Part shown: positions 46,539-55,486 of the stretch, in pieces
How positions within the stretch are numbered: position 1 is the first letter of the stretch
Layout of the letters: every line of letters starts with the position of its first letter
From: a virus
Taxonomy: Duplodnaviria; Caudoviricetes
IMG/VR virus record: IMGVR_UViG_3300020577_002562
Location: 64,001-128,000 of that record
Length of the DNA: 64,000 bases
Strand: one strand, 5' to 3'
Notes under the pieces: model-generated
What the model was told of the DNA's origin: nothing
The model's input: the letters and a program-made list of their open reading frames with translations, nothing else
The model's database searches: none
Position numbers and translations under genes: made by a program

Positions 46539-48352
46539 AGCCTCAAAGGTTTGATTCCAGCCGCCATAGCACGCTTCGCAACTTCATTCGCGTACTTAGG
46601 ATCGGAGTGCAAGCGTGCTGCCGCTGCGGCAATGGCAATGTCTGCCTTCTCATTTGCCATGCGTTGATTGTGGATGTACTTGAGCTTTCCGGTGCGTGTT
46701 GTGCCTACAACTTCTTGCTGCTCGTGTTTACGACCCAAGAAGCTTCGACGGTGCGATGTCAGTTGTTGCGCTGAACTGAACTCGCCCATATTGGATTCGT
46801 CGTCTGCTGCATCGGCGCCGTCACCTGACTCGCCTTGGATCTGTTTCCAAGCCGCTTTCATCTTCTGCTCACGACGCAGGTCATCTTCTAGCCCATCCAG
46901 CGATACACCAGCAGAGGCTGCAAGCATGCGCATGGTAATCGGAACACCAAGATCACGAAGCTCCTTCAGCAAATCGAACGTATCGCGATCCAGATCACGA
47001 CCCAGTGGTCGATGCCACTGCACTTCAGGAATGTCCCACTTCGACGTATCGTTCAGTTGTTGCAACAGAGTGCGTGTCGAATTGGCTACGAACGCATGCT
47101 CCTTGTCATGCTTGCCGCTCAAGAATCCTTTGGATGCCGCGACCAGCGGAAATATCTTATTGATCAAGGCTGCTTGCGTCATGCGGTTGCGATGAGCACG
47201 CAGACCTTGAATGAACACAGAGATGGCAGCGTCCGCGTTGGCAAACGAGGCGTCACCAGACAAGAATGCTTCGCTGATGCCGAGAGCGCGAAGCTTCATG
47301 GCACCTGTGACATCGGACAAGTCTGTGAACTTCCAAAAGTCACCACCCTGCCGCACTTCGCTAGGCGTCACGCCTTGACGTGTGGCAACGATAGCTCCTA
47401 GAGGATCTAGATCAGCTTGCTGCATCAGACTGACAACAGCAGCTAACTCGTCGTTCGTTGGTTCCCAAGTGTCATTGCCGCACTCCAGGTGCAGCATAGC
47501 TCGTTGGCGTCTGGCAGCTTCCGTCATCGTCCCTTTGTACAGCGCCTTCTCCAAGAAGTAGATGGGCAGAATACGCTTGAAGATCGATGTGCCGAGTTGA
47601 TCGTAGGAGAATGTGCGTCGTGCTACGTACAATGTGAGCAGCGGTTCCAGCTCTACGTTTCCGCCCGACAGCACTCGAATGATGTCCATACCAAGCTTCT
47701 TACGAAGCTTCTGGGCAGCTTGACTGTTGTTCGACACGAACTGCTCAATCGCTTGACTCCGCTTCACTGTGATAAGCGGGTCTGCAGACCTCATCGGAAC
47801 AGATTGCCGTGTGACGTTGGTGGGCTCGTGACTGATGCAGTCCGTAAACTGCGTCAAGTTCCTGTCATAGATTAGGCTACAAACCGAGTAGCCATTTGCC
47901 AGTACATCAACTGTGAGTTCCGGGAACAATGCGCCTATGTTCAACTGCGCAGTGGCAGAATTGTAGACCTGCAGACGTTCAGCAGATACGCCCGACAGAG
48001 TGAATTCGCCGAATGGCATGGCCGCGATCAAGTCAACTGCGGAGCCTGCTGTTGTATCGTACCAGTAGATGTCTCGGTAGAAGCGTTGATTCGCCTCGTC
48101 CGTATCACCGGCAAAGCCAGTGAGCAACGTATCGTAAAAGACAGGGCTCGCCCCCATCTGTGATGCGGAGAACGAATTGAGCCCTTGCGGCTCACCCCAG
48201 TAATCAGCACGCTCTTGTCTGCCTACTCTACTAGACGCAGCCGCATACACTGATTGAAGACCCACCGCTGCCATAGCATCGCGAGTAGCTGCGGGTGCTC
48301 CGGCTACGATCTGAGAGTCTACAACTCGGATGTGGTTTCGGGTGCGAATCAT
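46535..48352 (-). CDS. portal protein
   Basis: 605 aa between terminase and protease; FYRDIY..D...GSAVDL...PF, GTSI, ALGISEAFLSG.ASF. Confidence 0.75.
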   Translation of the reverse strand: MIRTRNHIRVVDSQIVAGAPAATRDAMAAVGLQSVYAAASSRVGRQERADYWGEPQGLNSFSASQMGASPVFYDTLLTGFAGDTDEANQRFYRDIYWYDTTAGSAVDLIAAMPFGEFTLSGVSAERLQVYNSATAQLNIGALFPELTVDVLANGYSVCSLIYDRNLTQFTDCISHEPTNVTRQSVPMRSADPLITVKRSQAIEQFVSNNSQAAQKLRKKLGMDIIRVLSGGNVELEPLLTLYVARRTFSYDQLGTSIFKRILPIYFLEKALYKGTMTEAARRQRAMLHLECGNDTWEPTNDELAAVVSLMQQADLDPLGAIVATRQGVTPSEVRQGGDFWKFTDLSDVTGAMKLRALGISEAFLSGDASFANADAAISVFIQGLRAHRNRMTQAALINKIFPLVAASKGFLSGKHDKEHAFVANSTRTLLQQLNDTSKWDIPEVQWHRPLGRDLDRDTFDLLKELRDLGVPITMRMLAASAGVSLDGLEDDLRREQKMKAAWKQIQGESGDGADAADDESNMGEFSSAQQLTSHRRSFLGRKHEQQEVVGTTRTGKLKYIHNQRMANEKADIAIAAAAARLHSDPKYANEVAKRAMAAGIKPLRL

Positions 48353-48567
48353 TGACGTGCCACGCGATCTTCAATTGGGAGGGCCACACGATGCTCAAGA
48401 CAGGCGTATGACGGAATACCGTTGGCCTGTACTTCTTTCATTCTGCTGTTGCACACCGGACACAATCCAGTTGGACTTGGCTCCCAACGTGCGGACTCTT
48501 GCCTCGATGTTTTCGCCGTTTCAGTTTTCGAGCCTGACGCAGTTTCAAATGGGTCGATCAACTTCAT
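48349..48567 (-). CDS. small Zn-finger protein
   Basis: CPVC...CLEH; ATGA overlap with the portal gene. Confidence 0.6.
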   Translation of the reverse strand: MKLIDPFETASGSKTETAKTSRQESARWEPSPTGLCPVCNSRMKEVQANGIPSYACLEHRVALPIEDRVARQ

Positions 48568-48592
48568 GTCTATTCCAATCCAGTGCGTGTCT

Positions 48593-48601
48593 TGAAATTA
48601 G
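48593..48601 (-). promoter_or_regulatory. candidate late promoter CTAATTTCA
   Basis: Intergenic, about 26 bp upstream of the portal operon. Confidence 0.55.
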
Positions 48602-48619
48602 TGGATGCGTGCGTAGGTT

Positions 48620-50983
48620 CTACTTAGAAGCAGCTCCTAAACCAGCCGGATTAGATGCTGGACCCCCGCCAATCGATCCAATATTCGACGGAACGGGATT
48701 ACTACTAAATCGTAATCCCGAAGCGGTCGGTACTGCAATGCCCATCGTGGAAGAACCTGCGCCAATACCAGCAGAAATTCCACGTTGACGTGGAGGTTTG
48801 ATGTGCTTCTTGCACCACTCATCGTCCAACAAGAACTTGGTACCGAGTGCCCATGCTCTCCAAATATCATCTGTAAGCCCAGGTGCCTTTTCGATTGTAC
48901 GGCCTCCATCGCGAATGGTAGCCAACTGAAGCAAGAAGTGTTCCACAGGTAGATACTGGAAACACTGTGGATAGTTGTCCTGCATCAACAGTATCTCTTG
49001 AAGAGGAATTCCAGAGGCTGGAATCCTGAATGACCGGTCCAGAATGTGATTCTGCACCAGTAGCATATCATCCCTCTTCAATGAGTATCGTTCCGCTGGA
49101 ATACCAAGAGCCTGTGACAAATCATGCAACAACTTGATGCTATTCCACTGATCAGCAAACACGTAGCACACGTTGAAAGCCTTAGCTAACGGAAGCAATA
49201 CATGCTCATAGACCAGAGAGAAGTTCACCACGGAGTTACCAATAGAGGGCGCAATCTCAAGCATCACATCTGTGATGACTTTGATAGGGTCTCTTCTATT
49301 AGGGTTGCGATGAGAGATGGTGCAGGTAAATGAGTTGTTAGACAAGCCTGCGTCGATGGTCATTACCGATGAGATAACCAGAGCCGGCGGATTGCATGCC
49401 ACTTTGGCGTAACGATACTTGACTCCGTGCCGTTCGACCTTATGGTAGTTGTACACCACTCTGTTAGGCACTTTGCCAGGCAGCGCCGATATTGCATCGT
49501 GATCCTGAATAAACGCAGAGTCTACGAGAGGTGGTTGTGCACCAAAGTCACGCATTGCCTTGGCTTCACTACTTTGGAAGTAGGAGTCCAGAGCTTTGCG
49601 GCTGAGTTTAGGGTGAATGTCCCAAGTAGCCAGATGCAACGCCAATATCTTCCGACTGTTGGCGTTGGACTTTACGTGACGCATCATCACGTCACGTCTA
49701 TGCTGAGGGCTAGAGCCTATGATGAACACGGCATTCGGAACATCGTAGTACCCGGATTTCACTCGGTCTTTCCAACCGACGCGCACGTTCAGCATGCTGT
49801 TGTCGAGTGAGGTATAGACTTCACTACCGTTCATGCGAACGGTCTGATCTTCCTCATTACCGTCAGAGAAAAATGCCCACTCGTCCAACAGACAGTTGTG
49901 AACCAGAATGCCGTTGGCAGAGAACATATGGATGTCCTCCACCTCGATGTCATATACGTCGTGCTCTCCTTCCAGTTCTTCGCTGCGCCACAGACGATCA
50001 CGGACGATGTGATTGTTGTCTCGCACCTGGTAGTCGAACGGATTGTCAAGTAGGACGCGAAATGCAGTTGTAGAGTTGCGGTGAATCTGAAGTGTACTGG
50101 GGCGTCGGACAGACAAAACACCAAGGCTCAGCAGCAGAATCTGAGTCTGCTGCATGCGCTTGTCTTCACCGAACAAGACAAAGCTATCCTGGAACAGCGC
50201 AGATAGATAGGCACTGACATGGATCAAAGATGACCGTAGAATCACCCATGGTACTTCGCCTCTAGGAAAGCCCCATTCGGATTCTGCGTATTCGTCATCT
50301 GCTAGCTGTGAGGCTAATTCGCTGGTCATGCGATGTCTAGTTCCATCCTTTTTTCGGAACTGGTCCAAGTTCTTTCTGGAAGCCCCGTTCGCACCGGCTA
50401 CAATGACCACATCGCTAGGTTTGATGTGCTGTGCTTGACGCCACACCATATCATTGTGCTCATCCGAACACATCACCAGATGAGCAGGAGTCAGATCCAA
50501 ACTGAACCCAAATGTGGTTGTCAAACGTATCAGCTTCTTCGCACCTGTACGCATAGCTCTAAGTACAGTAGCTGGAGCCCCAGCTACGCACACACGATTT
50601 TGGTCTGGTATGATACGTTGCATCTCTATGAGACCCAAGTCCGTTTGGACAAGTGCATCACCTCGAATGCATAGCCAACGTGTCTTACCACGCAGCAGCT
50701 TACGGTTTGGACCTGCTGGATACAGCATCAATTGCCGATGAGGATAGTGAAGCATCTGTGTCTGAAACTTCAGAAGCTCCTCGCCATTGCGATTACCCTC
50801 ATGCTTGAGCATGTCGTGATAGCCGCAATTATGTACATTCATGCCACCTGCGTAGTAGTTGTGCGTCCCTGCTACCTCGAAATCGTACACCTTGTGCTTA
50901 CTCAAGTCCGTTACCGACCTGACCTTAACCGCCTTGATAGTCTTACCATTAACGGTAATGATCTTACTTGATTCGGTTTCCAT
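48620..50983 (-). CDS. terL: terminase large subunit, C-terminal part (split-intein C half, 52-aa extein, cis intein, then Walker B and nuclease)
   Basis: After splicing reads RGKTRWL|CLLDEW (Walker B); SSP motif, IDAG, DQWNS, DDIWRA nuclease residues. Confidence 0.88.
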   Translation of the reverse strand: METESSKIITVNGKTIKAVKVRSVTDLSKHKVYDFEVAGTHNYYAGGMNVHNCGYHDMLKHEGNRNGEELLKFQTQMLHYPHRQLMLYPAGPNRKLLRGKTRWLCIRGDALVQTDLGLIEMQRIIPDQNRVCVAGAPATVLRAMRTGAKKLIRLTTTFGFSLDLTPAHLVMCSDEHNDMVWRQAQHIKPSDVVIVAGANGASRKNLDQFRKKDGTRHRMTSELASQLADDEYAESEWGFPRGEVPWVILRSSLIHVSAYLSALFQDSFVLFGEDKRMQQTQILLLSLGVLSVRRPSTLQIHRNSTTAFRVLLDNPFDYQVRDNNHIVRDRLWRSEELEGEHDVYDIEVEDIHMFSANGILVHNCLLDEWAFFSDGNEEDQTVRMNGSEVYTSLDNSMLNVRVGWKDRVKSGYYDVPNAVFIIGSSPQHRRDVMMRHVKSNANSRKILALHLATWDIHPKLSRKALDSYFQSSEAKAMRDFGAQPPLVDSAFIQDHDAISALPGKVPNRVVYNYHKVERHGVKYRYAKVACNPPALVISSVMTIDAGLSNNSFTCTISHRNPNRRDPIKVITDVMLEIAPSIGNSVVNFSLVYEHVLLPLAKAFNVCYVFADQWNSIKLLHDLSQALGIPAERYSLKRDDMLLVQNHILDRSFRIPASGIPLQEILLMQDNYPQCFQYLPVEHFLLQLATIRDGGRTIEKAPGLTDDIWRAWALGTKFLLDDEWCKKHIKPPRQRGISAGIGAGSSTMGIAVPTASGLRFSSNPVPSNIGSIGGGPASNPAGLGAASK
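49895..50671 (-). mobile_element. contiguous (cis) intein, 259 aa, with degenerate LAGLIDADG remnant
   Basis: CIRGDALVQTDLG (block A), LTPAH (B), VYDIEV...HMFSANGILVHN|C (F/G); remnant YLSALFQD...ILLLSLGV. Confidence 0.92.
50828..50983 (-). mobile_element. split intein C-half (52 aa) of TerL
   Basis: KVYDFEVAGTHNYYAGGMNVHN|C at the N-terminus of the ORF. Confidence 0.92.
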
Positions 50984-51845
50984 ATTTGTCCATTACTAAG
51001 AAGGAAAATTTGAAGCCTTGCGCTCGACACGCACGTCGTTTAGCTCGATTCACTTCCTTGCTTGCTTTGAGTGTGTAATCACTCTTGACCTCGTAGATTT
51101 TATTCCAACGAGGTACGTAAATGTCCGGATGGTATATCCTTCGCTTGCCATCAAAAACATATTCAATACTGGGCAATTGTTTGTCACCGATGCCGCAACG
51201 AATGTCTGATGGCTGTAGTCTCGTGTTCGACAAAAGCCACTCAATAGCCTGAGGCTCATAACCTTGGACTTGAACCATTCGCTGACCGAGTTTGATTCGT
51301 TTGCATTTATAGGCAGTAGCCAGATTTTTGTCGAACAATTCCTTACTCTGAAGTGCGTGAATCACTCCATATCGTTTACGCATTGTACGTCTAATCTTAC
51401 TCTGAATTTCAGTACGTTGCGTGGAGTATTCGACTCCGTACTTGCGTAAGTTGTATTGCTTAAGCTTCTCTTGAGAACACGGCGGACAGCCACTTCCTTT
51501 TCGCACATTGCCCAAGTATGGCGACCACTCGTGTTTGCACACTAAACATTTCACACGAGTGCGCGTGTTCATGTTAACGAACTCACCTACGCGCTTTATA
51601 TTCTGTTGTCGCAGAAACTTGTCTAGCTCATTCAGGTCGAAGCGTTTACTCTGACTTATGTTGCGATTCCGGGTACAGGCACATCCATATCTGAGCCAAT
51701 AACTGAAATGTTGGGAGGACTGCCGATCACAATCTTGGCAGCGCACTACCAGTTTGTACTGGTGCTGTGGGTCAACACCAACTACTAACAATGACGAACC
51801 GCTACTTTTCAGGTAGGACTTCACAATTTTTAGATTATCACTCAT
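50964..51845 (-). CDS. free-standing Zn-ribbon / PD-(D/E)XK putative homing endonuclease
   Basis: CQDC..., CLVCKHEW...CPPC, KYGVEY repeats, QGYEPQA...YHPDIY...YEVKS; lies between the split-intein halves; AT-rich by eye. Confidence 0.8.
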   Translation of the reverse strand: MSDNLKIVKSYLKSSGSSLLVVGVDPQHQYKLVVRCQDCDRQSSQHFSYWLRYGCACTRNRNISQSKRFDLNELDKFLRQQNIKRVGEFVNMNTRTRVKCLVCKHEWSPYLGNVRKGSGCPPCSQEKLKQYNLRKYGVEYSTQRTEIQSKIRRTMRKRYGVIHALQSKELFDKNLATAYKCKRIKLGQRMVQVQGYEPQAIEWLLSNTRLQPSDIRCGIGDKQLPSIEYVFDGKRRIYHPDIYVPRWNKIYEVKSDYTLKASKEVNRAKRRACRAQGFKFSFLVMDKYGNRIK

Positions 51846-51890
51846 GGTACTCACCGAATCACATACATCAAATTAGTCGGAGTACCATGA
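51842..51890 (-). promoter_or_regulatory. RBS/start-sequestering hairpin with an internal candidate late promoter
   Basis: 11-bp perfect inverted repeat TCATGGTACTC (51842-51852)/GAGTACCATGA (51880-51890) covers the ATG at 51845; CTAATTTGA at 51868-51876 lies between the arms. Confidence 0.75.
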
Positions 51891-51895
51891 CATGC

Positions 51896-52891
51896 TTAAT
51901 CTTCTGTCACCACGTAATCATCTTCCGTTAGCAGATGGATTTCCTTCCACATAATAGCCATACCATCCGGTGTGAGAACGCGAATGCAGTGATCTCCTGT
52001 GGCGACCAGCTTCTTATCGTCTTCCAGAGTTATCTCCTTACAACTGCGCACGCCATTGTCAAAATGACACAGGACTTTGCTTGATCCTTCAAATGTTTTG
52101 ACCATATCACCCGGCTTTATCTGCTCGATTGGAACAGTATTGCCGTTCTCCAGTGTGATCGGTGTACCCTCAGCAATACAGAACCATTGACAGCCCTCAA
52201 TGTAAGTCTTGATCGGTAGCCACTGCTGCTCGTAGGCGTTTGCGAACGTCTGAGCTACTGCCGTACCGACCATAGTGGTTGGCTCAAGATCATACACCTC
52301 GTAGGGGCGTTGAAGCTTAATCATGCGATGCAACTGATAGACTGCGGCAGGCGCTTCAAACTGAGTCGTCTTACCTACTCGCTGGCCGGCTAGCAAGGCT
52401 AGCTCGTGGTACGGCATCATCTCTTTGGCACGCAATAGCTCTAGCCGCGTAGCTTTGCACTTTGGGCACTTGCCGTGTTTTAGCAGTTGGAAGTGCTCAG
52501 GGAATGCATCACTCTTGATCTTCAGTGGCACATCTAGAATGTTGCCTGTGTGGTACTTTGGATTGGAGCACCGTGGACAGATTTCGCCGAACAACATGGA
52601 CAACGCCCACAGTTGGCGTGCGAATGGGCGCAAACGCAAACCAGTGGGCGAAGTTGAGAACTCCCAGTAATTCGGGAATAGCTTAAAGTCACGGTCGTCG
52701 ATCCGCAGATCGCGAACCATCCGTGTGGTAGGATCGATTGCATCCGCTACCATACTCTCAAGATCTAACTCAAGATTCTGGTCTACAGCGAACGTTGTCT
52801 TGATCGGTGTGGGTGCTTCAACTTCACCAAACAACTCGTCGATGAACCCTCGCCTGTCTTTGAGCTTCACTTTGCAATCTCCTGAGGCCAC
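51896..52891 (-). CDS. terL: terminase large subunit, N-terminal part plus split-intein N half
   Basis: PFARQ, Zn-ribbon insert, AGQRVGKTT Walker A. Confidence 0.85.
   Translation of the reverse strand: MASGDCKVKLKDRRGFIDELFGEVEAPTPIKTTFAVDQNLELDLESMVADAIDPTTRMVRDLRIDDRDFKLFPNYWEFSTSPTGLRLRPFARQLWALSMLFGEICPRCSNPKYHTGNILDVPLKIKSDAFPEHFQLLKHGKCPKCKATRLELLRAKEMMPYHELALLAGQRVGKTTQFEAPAAVYQLHRMIKLQRPYEVYDLEPTTMVGTAVAQTFANAYEQQWLPIKTYIEGCQWFCIAEGTPITLENGNTVPIEQIKPGDMVKTFEGSSKVLCHFDNGVRSCKEITLEDDKKLVATGDHCIRVLTPDGMAIMWKEIHLLTEDDYVVTED
51899..52180 (-). mobile_element. split intein N-half (94 aa) of TerL
   Basis: WF|CIAEGTPITLENG..PIEQI..GD.V (block A), ATGDH (block B); ends acidic EDDYVVTED, then stop. 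Confidence 0.92.
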
Positions 52892-53583
52892 AGTCTCATC
52901 AGAACACGCTCCAGATCCTCTGGGTGCGCTTTAAGTTGTCCTGCCAAGTGTCGTATAACTGACAACTCGATAAGCTGATCTGTAGCCTTGGTTACTCGGT
53001 CACTGGTGACGTTGATCTGTCTGTTGTTCGTCAACAGTCTCAGAGTCTCCTCCATATCCGCGTAAGCGGTTGGTAGACTTAGCTCCAAGGCAGAGATACG
53101 GACCAACAGTTCATATAGCGTCTTGTGGTTCTTCTTCAGACGAGTTGTGAACTCTCCGCGCAGCTTCTTGTCTACTTCCTTGAGCGTGATGTCTGGGACT
53201 GATGACTGTGGTTGCGTCTTTACCAGTTCGACCAGTTTTCGTTTGCGCTTTCGTTTGTTCAGTAGAGCGTCAGCATCCCACCAATCATCTCGCGTTCGCT
53301 TTTCCGGCTGCGGCAGCTTAGTAGCAATCTTGGGGCTCTCTTTATGAATGACCCCGAAGATTGGGTCATTCAACGTCGCTGAGGTCTTCGAGGTATTTCT
53401 CGTCTTTGTCCGTTTGGTCTTTCCGTCTTCCGTCGTTCGACCGATGCTTGTTTCTTCCATTAGCTGGGCGAACACTCTTGCCTGTTGTTCGGAAGCCAGA
53501 CTTTCCTGATCCTGCGTGTCGGCCGCTGGAACTGGAACCGGACCCTCGTTTGGTTTTACCTCTACTGGTACTGTCTTCTTCAT
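52867..53583 (-). CDS. hypothetical protein directly upstream of TerL (possible terminase small subunit)
   Basis: GGAG 6 nt before ATG 53583; overlaps the DnaB 3' end; function inferred from position only. Confidence 0.45.
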   Translation of the reverse strand: MKKTVPVEVKPNEGPVPVPAADTQDQESLASEQQARVFAQLMEETSIGRTTEDGKTKRTKTRNTSKTSATLNDPIFGVIHKESPKIATKLPQPEKRTRDDWWDADALLNKRKRKRKLVELVKTQPQSSVPDITLKEVDKKLRGEFTTRLKKNHKTLYELLVRISALELSLPTAYADMEETLRLLTNNRQINVTSDRVTKATDQLIELSVIRHLAGQLKAHPEDLERVLMRLWPQEIAK

Positions 53584-54862
53584 CGTCATCTCCGCCATCA
53601 GGCAGCATATTACGGTCTACGTCCTTGTATTGCATCGGCGCGTTGATAGCCATGATTTGGAACGGGAACTTCTTCTGGTTACGCGCCTTCTGTTGCTCGA
53701 TGTCCAAGATCGATACATCGCTAATCTCGGCCGGGGCAGTCCACGACCACAGGTTGTTTGCATTCTCTTTGATGCCACCAGAGTAACGCACCAGACCCTC
53801 TTTCGATAGCTGTGCCACTAGAATGACTACAGTGTTCGTGTTCTTGGCCCAGATCTTGGCAAACCGACTGATCTTTGTCAACTGCTTCCATTGCTCATCA
53901 CCGTCCGCACCCTTCAGTAGTGAGATGTAGTCAACGATGACAACCTTGTATCCGTAGGGCTTCAACGAGAACAGCACCTCTTCGATTGATACGTCTTCAT
54001 CCGGTGACAGGATCGAGTACCGGGTGCCTATCTCTTTGAGTTCCTTGACAAAGGCTACATAACTACTCTTGATTAGCTTGCGTTCACTGTTGGACAACCG
54101 GCCCTGAGATATTCGGTTGACATCTATACCAGAGAGCACACCAAGCTCACGCGCCTTCATCTGCGTAGCGGTCATCTCCAACGGCACTATGGCAACGTCA
54201 TGCCCGCGCCGAGCCATGTTGATGCCAAGTTGGTTTGCCACTGCTGACTTACCGCCTCCGGAATCCGCAGCCAGCACTACCAACGAACCTTCTAGAAAAC
54301 CGCCATTCTCTCGGTCAAAGTCATCAAAGCCAGTTGGTACTACTTTGGGCTTCTTGGCTGACAGCAAGTCCTTAACCAACTTGACCGAGTTGTTGCCCTT
54401 TCCAGTGTGGAATAGACTCTGGGTCAAGTCGACCTTGGTCTGGCTCTTGACTAACTTGGTGTGCAAGGCTTCGGTCAGCTTCTCGACATCTAGTTGATCG
54501 CCCTCAATCTCGTTGTAGATCTGTTCAGCAATCGAATAGAGCCCCCGTACTCTCCGCATCTTGTCCAGCGTGCGGATCATGCTTCGGGCATCACGCCTCG
54601 AATCTGTGGTTTCAGCGTCTGACCCCTTCAATAGCTTCCGGTACTTCTCCGATAGCTTGGGGTCTGAACACAGTTCAGTCCACGAGGGTATCTCACCTGA
54701 CTGACGAACGCTTGCCATCACTGCTTCATAGGCCGCTTTCGTTGGCGGGTGGAAGAAGCAGTCTTCGTTCAATGAAGCAAGCACCAGACTTCGCAGCTTG
54801 TCAGAGGCATCGCATATCGTGCGCAATGCCTGGTACTCTAACCTGGTACTAACGATTTTCAT
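53366..54862 (-). CDS. dnaB: DnaB-like replicative helicase
   Basis: PTGF..FD...GG, LAADSGGGKS, LEM, IVDYISLL, VAQLS, KARNQ. Confidence 0.92.
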   Translation of the reverse strand: MKIVSTRLEYQALRTICDASDKLRSLVLASLNEDCFFHPPTKAAYEAVMASVRQSGEIPSWTELCSDPKLSEKYRKLLKGSDAETTDSRRDARSMIRTLDKMRRVRGLYSIAEQIYNEIEGDQLDVEKLTEALHTKLVKSQTKVDLTQSLFHTGKGNNSVKLVKDLLSAKKPKVVPTGFDDFDRENGGFLEGSLVVLAADSGGGKSAVANQLGINMARRGHDVAIVPLEMTATQMKARELGVLSGIDVNRISQGRLSNSERKLIKSSYVAFVKELKEIGTRYSILSPDEDVSIEEVLFSLKPYGYKVVIVDYISLLKGADGDEQWKQLTKISRFAKIWAKNTNTVVILVAQLSKEGLVRYSGGIKENANNLWSWTAPAEISDVSILDIEQQKARNQKKFPFQIMAINAPMQYKDVDRNMLPDGGDDDEEDSTSRGKTKRGSGSSSSGRHAGSGKSGFRTTGKSVRPANGRNKHRSNDGRRKDQTDKDEKYLEDLSDVE

Positions 54863-55428
54863 AGGACTTGTACAGTCTCAACGTGACCTAGATTCATGCA
54901 GTATTGAATAGCCATGTGCAGCTTGCTATTGGCTATCGTTAGTGGATCACATCCACTACAAACCACGATGCGAGGGATGTTGCTGTATTGGGTTAGCAAG
55001 TCTCTCACCTTCTCAAACTTAACGGCTGTGCTATCAACCACCAGATTGCTCAAGACCAACATGCTAGGCCTGAACTCTGCTGGCTTGTCGCGGAGCTTGT
55101 CTGCGAACGAACCGTTGACCCAATGCCATAGAGGCGGCTCGAAGCCCGGGCGCCGAAGTTTGAATGCCAGCCCCATCATGTGAGCGGCCAAAAGTCTAGC
55201 TCGCTGGTCGTTAGGATTCGATGCGATGACCATGATGTACGGGTCAGCATCTTTGACACAGTGTTCATAGCGCATCAACTGCGCTGCCCTAGTAATACGC
55301 TTGTCAGCGTGGCGGAACGATTTGGCTGCACGATCAAGCACAAAAGGCCGCACACGAAACAAGTCTCGTGGCAGCCCTCTGTTCAGCATCTGCTGCTGTA
55401 ACGTCGTGTCTGACGGTAATTGGATCAC
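54859..55428 (-). CDS. hypothetical protein, possible degenerate helicase loader
   Basis: ATGA overlap with the DnaB start; P-loop-like secondary pattern without an intact Walker A. Confidence 0.4.
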   Translation of the reverse strand: MIQLPSDTTLQQQMLNRGLPRDLFRVRPFVLDRAAKSFRHADKRITRAAQLMRYEHCVKDADPYIMVIASNPNDQRARLLAAHMMGLAFKLRRPGFEPPLWHWVNGSFADKLRDKPAEFRPSMLVLSNLVVDSTAVKFEKVRDLLTQYSNIPRIVVCSGCDPLTIANSKLHMAIQYCMNLGHVETVQVL

Positions 55429-55486
55429 ACGCCTCTCCGGCTTTGAAGTCTACTACTTTACCGATTCGTCAGTCAGACTAATCGGT

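Noticed and set aside
50964-51895. Group I intron, or a sequencing break, explaining the TerL interruption
   Set aside because: Complete intein N and C motifs flank the gap, the nuclease ORF fills nearly all of it leaving no room for a ribozyme, and the layout recurs at the helicase
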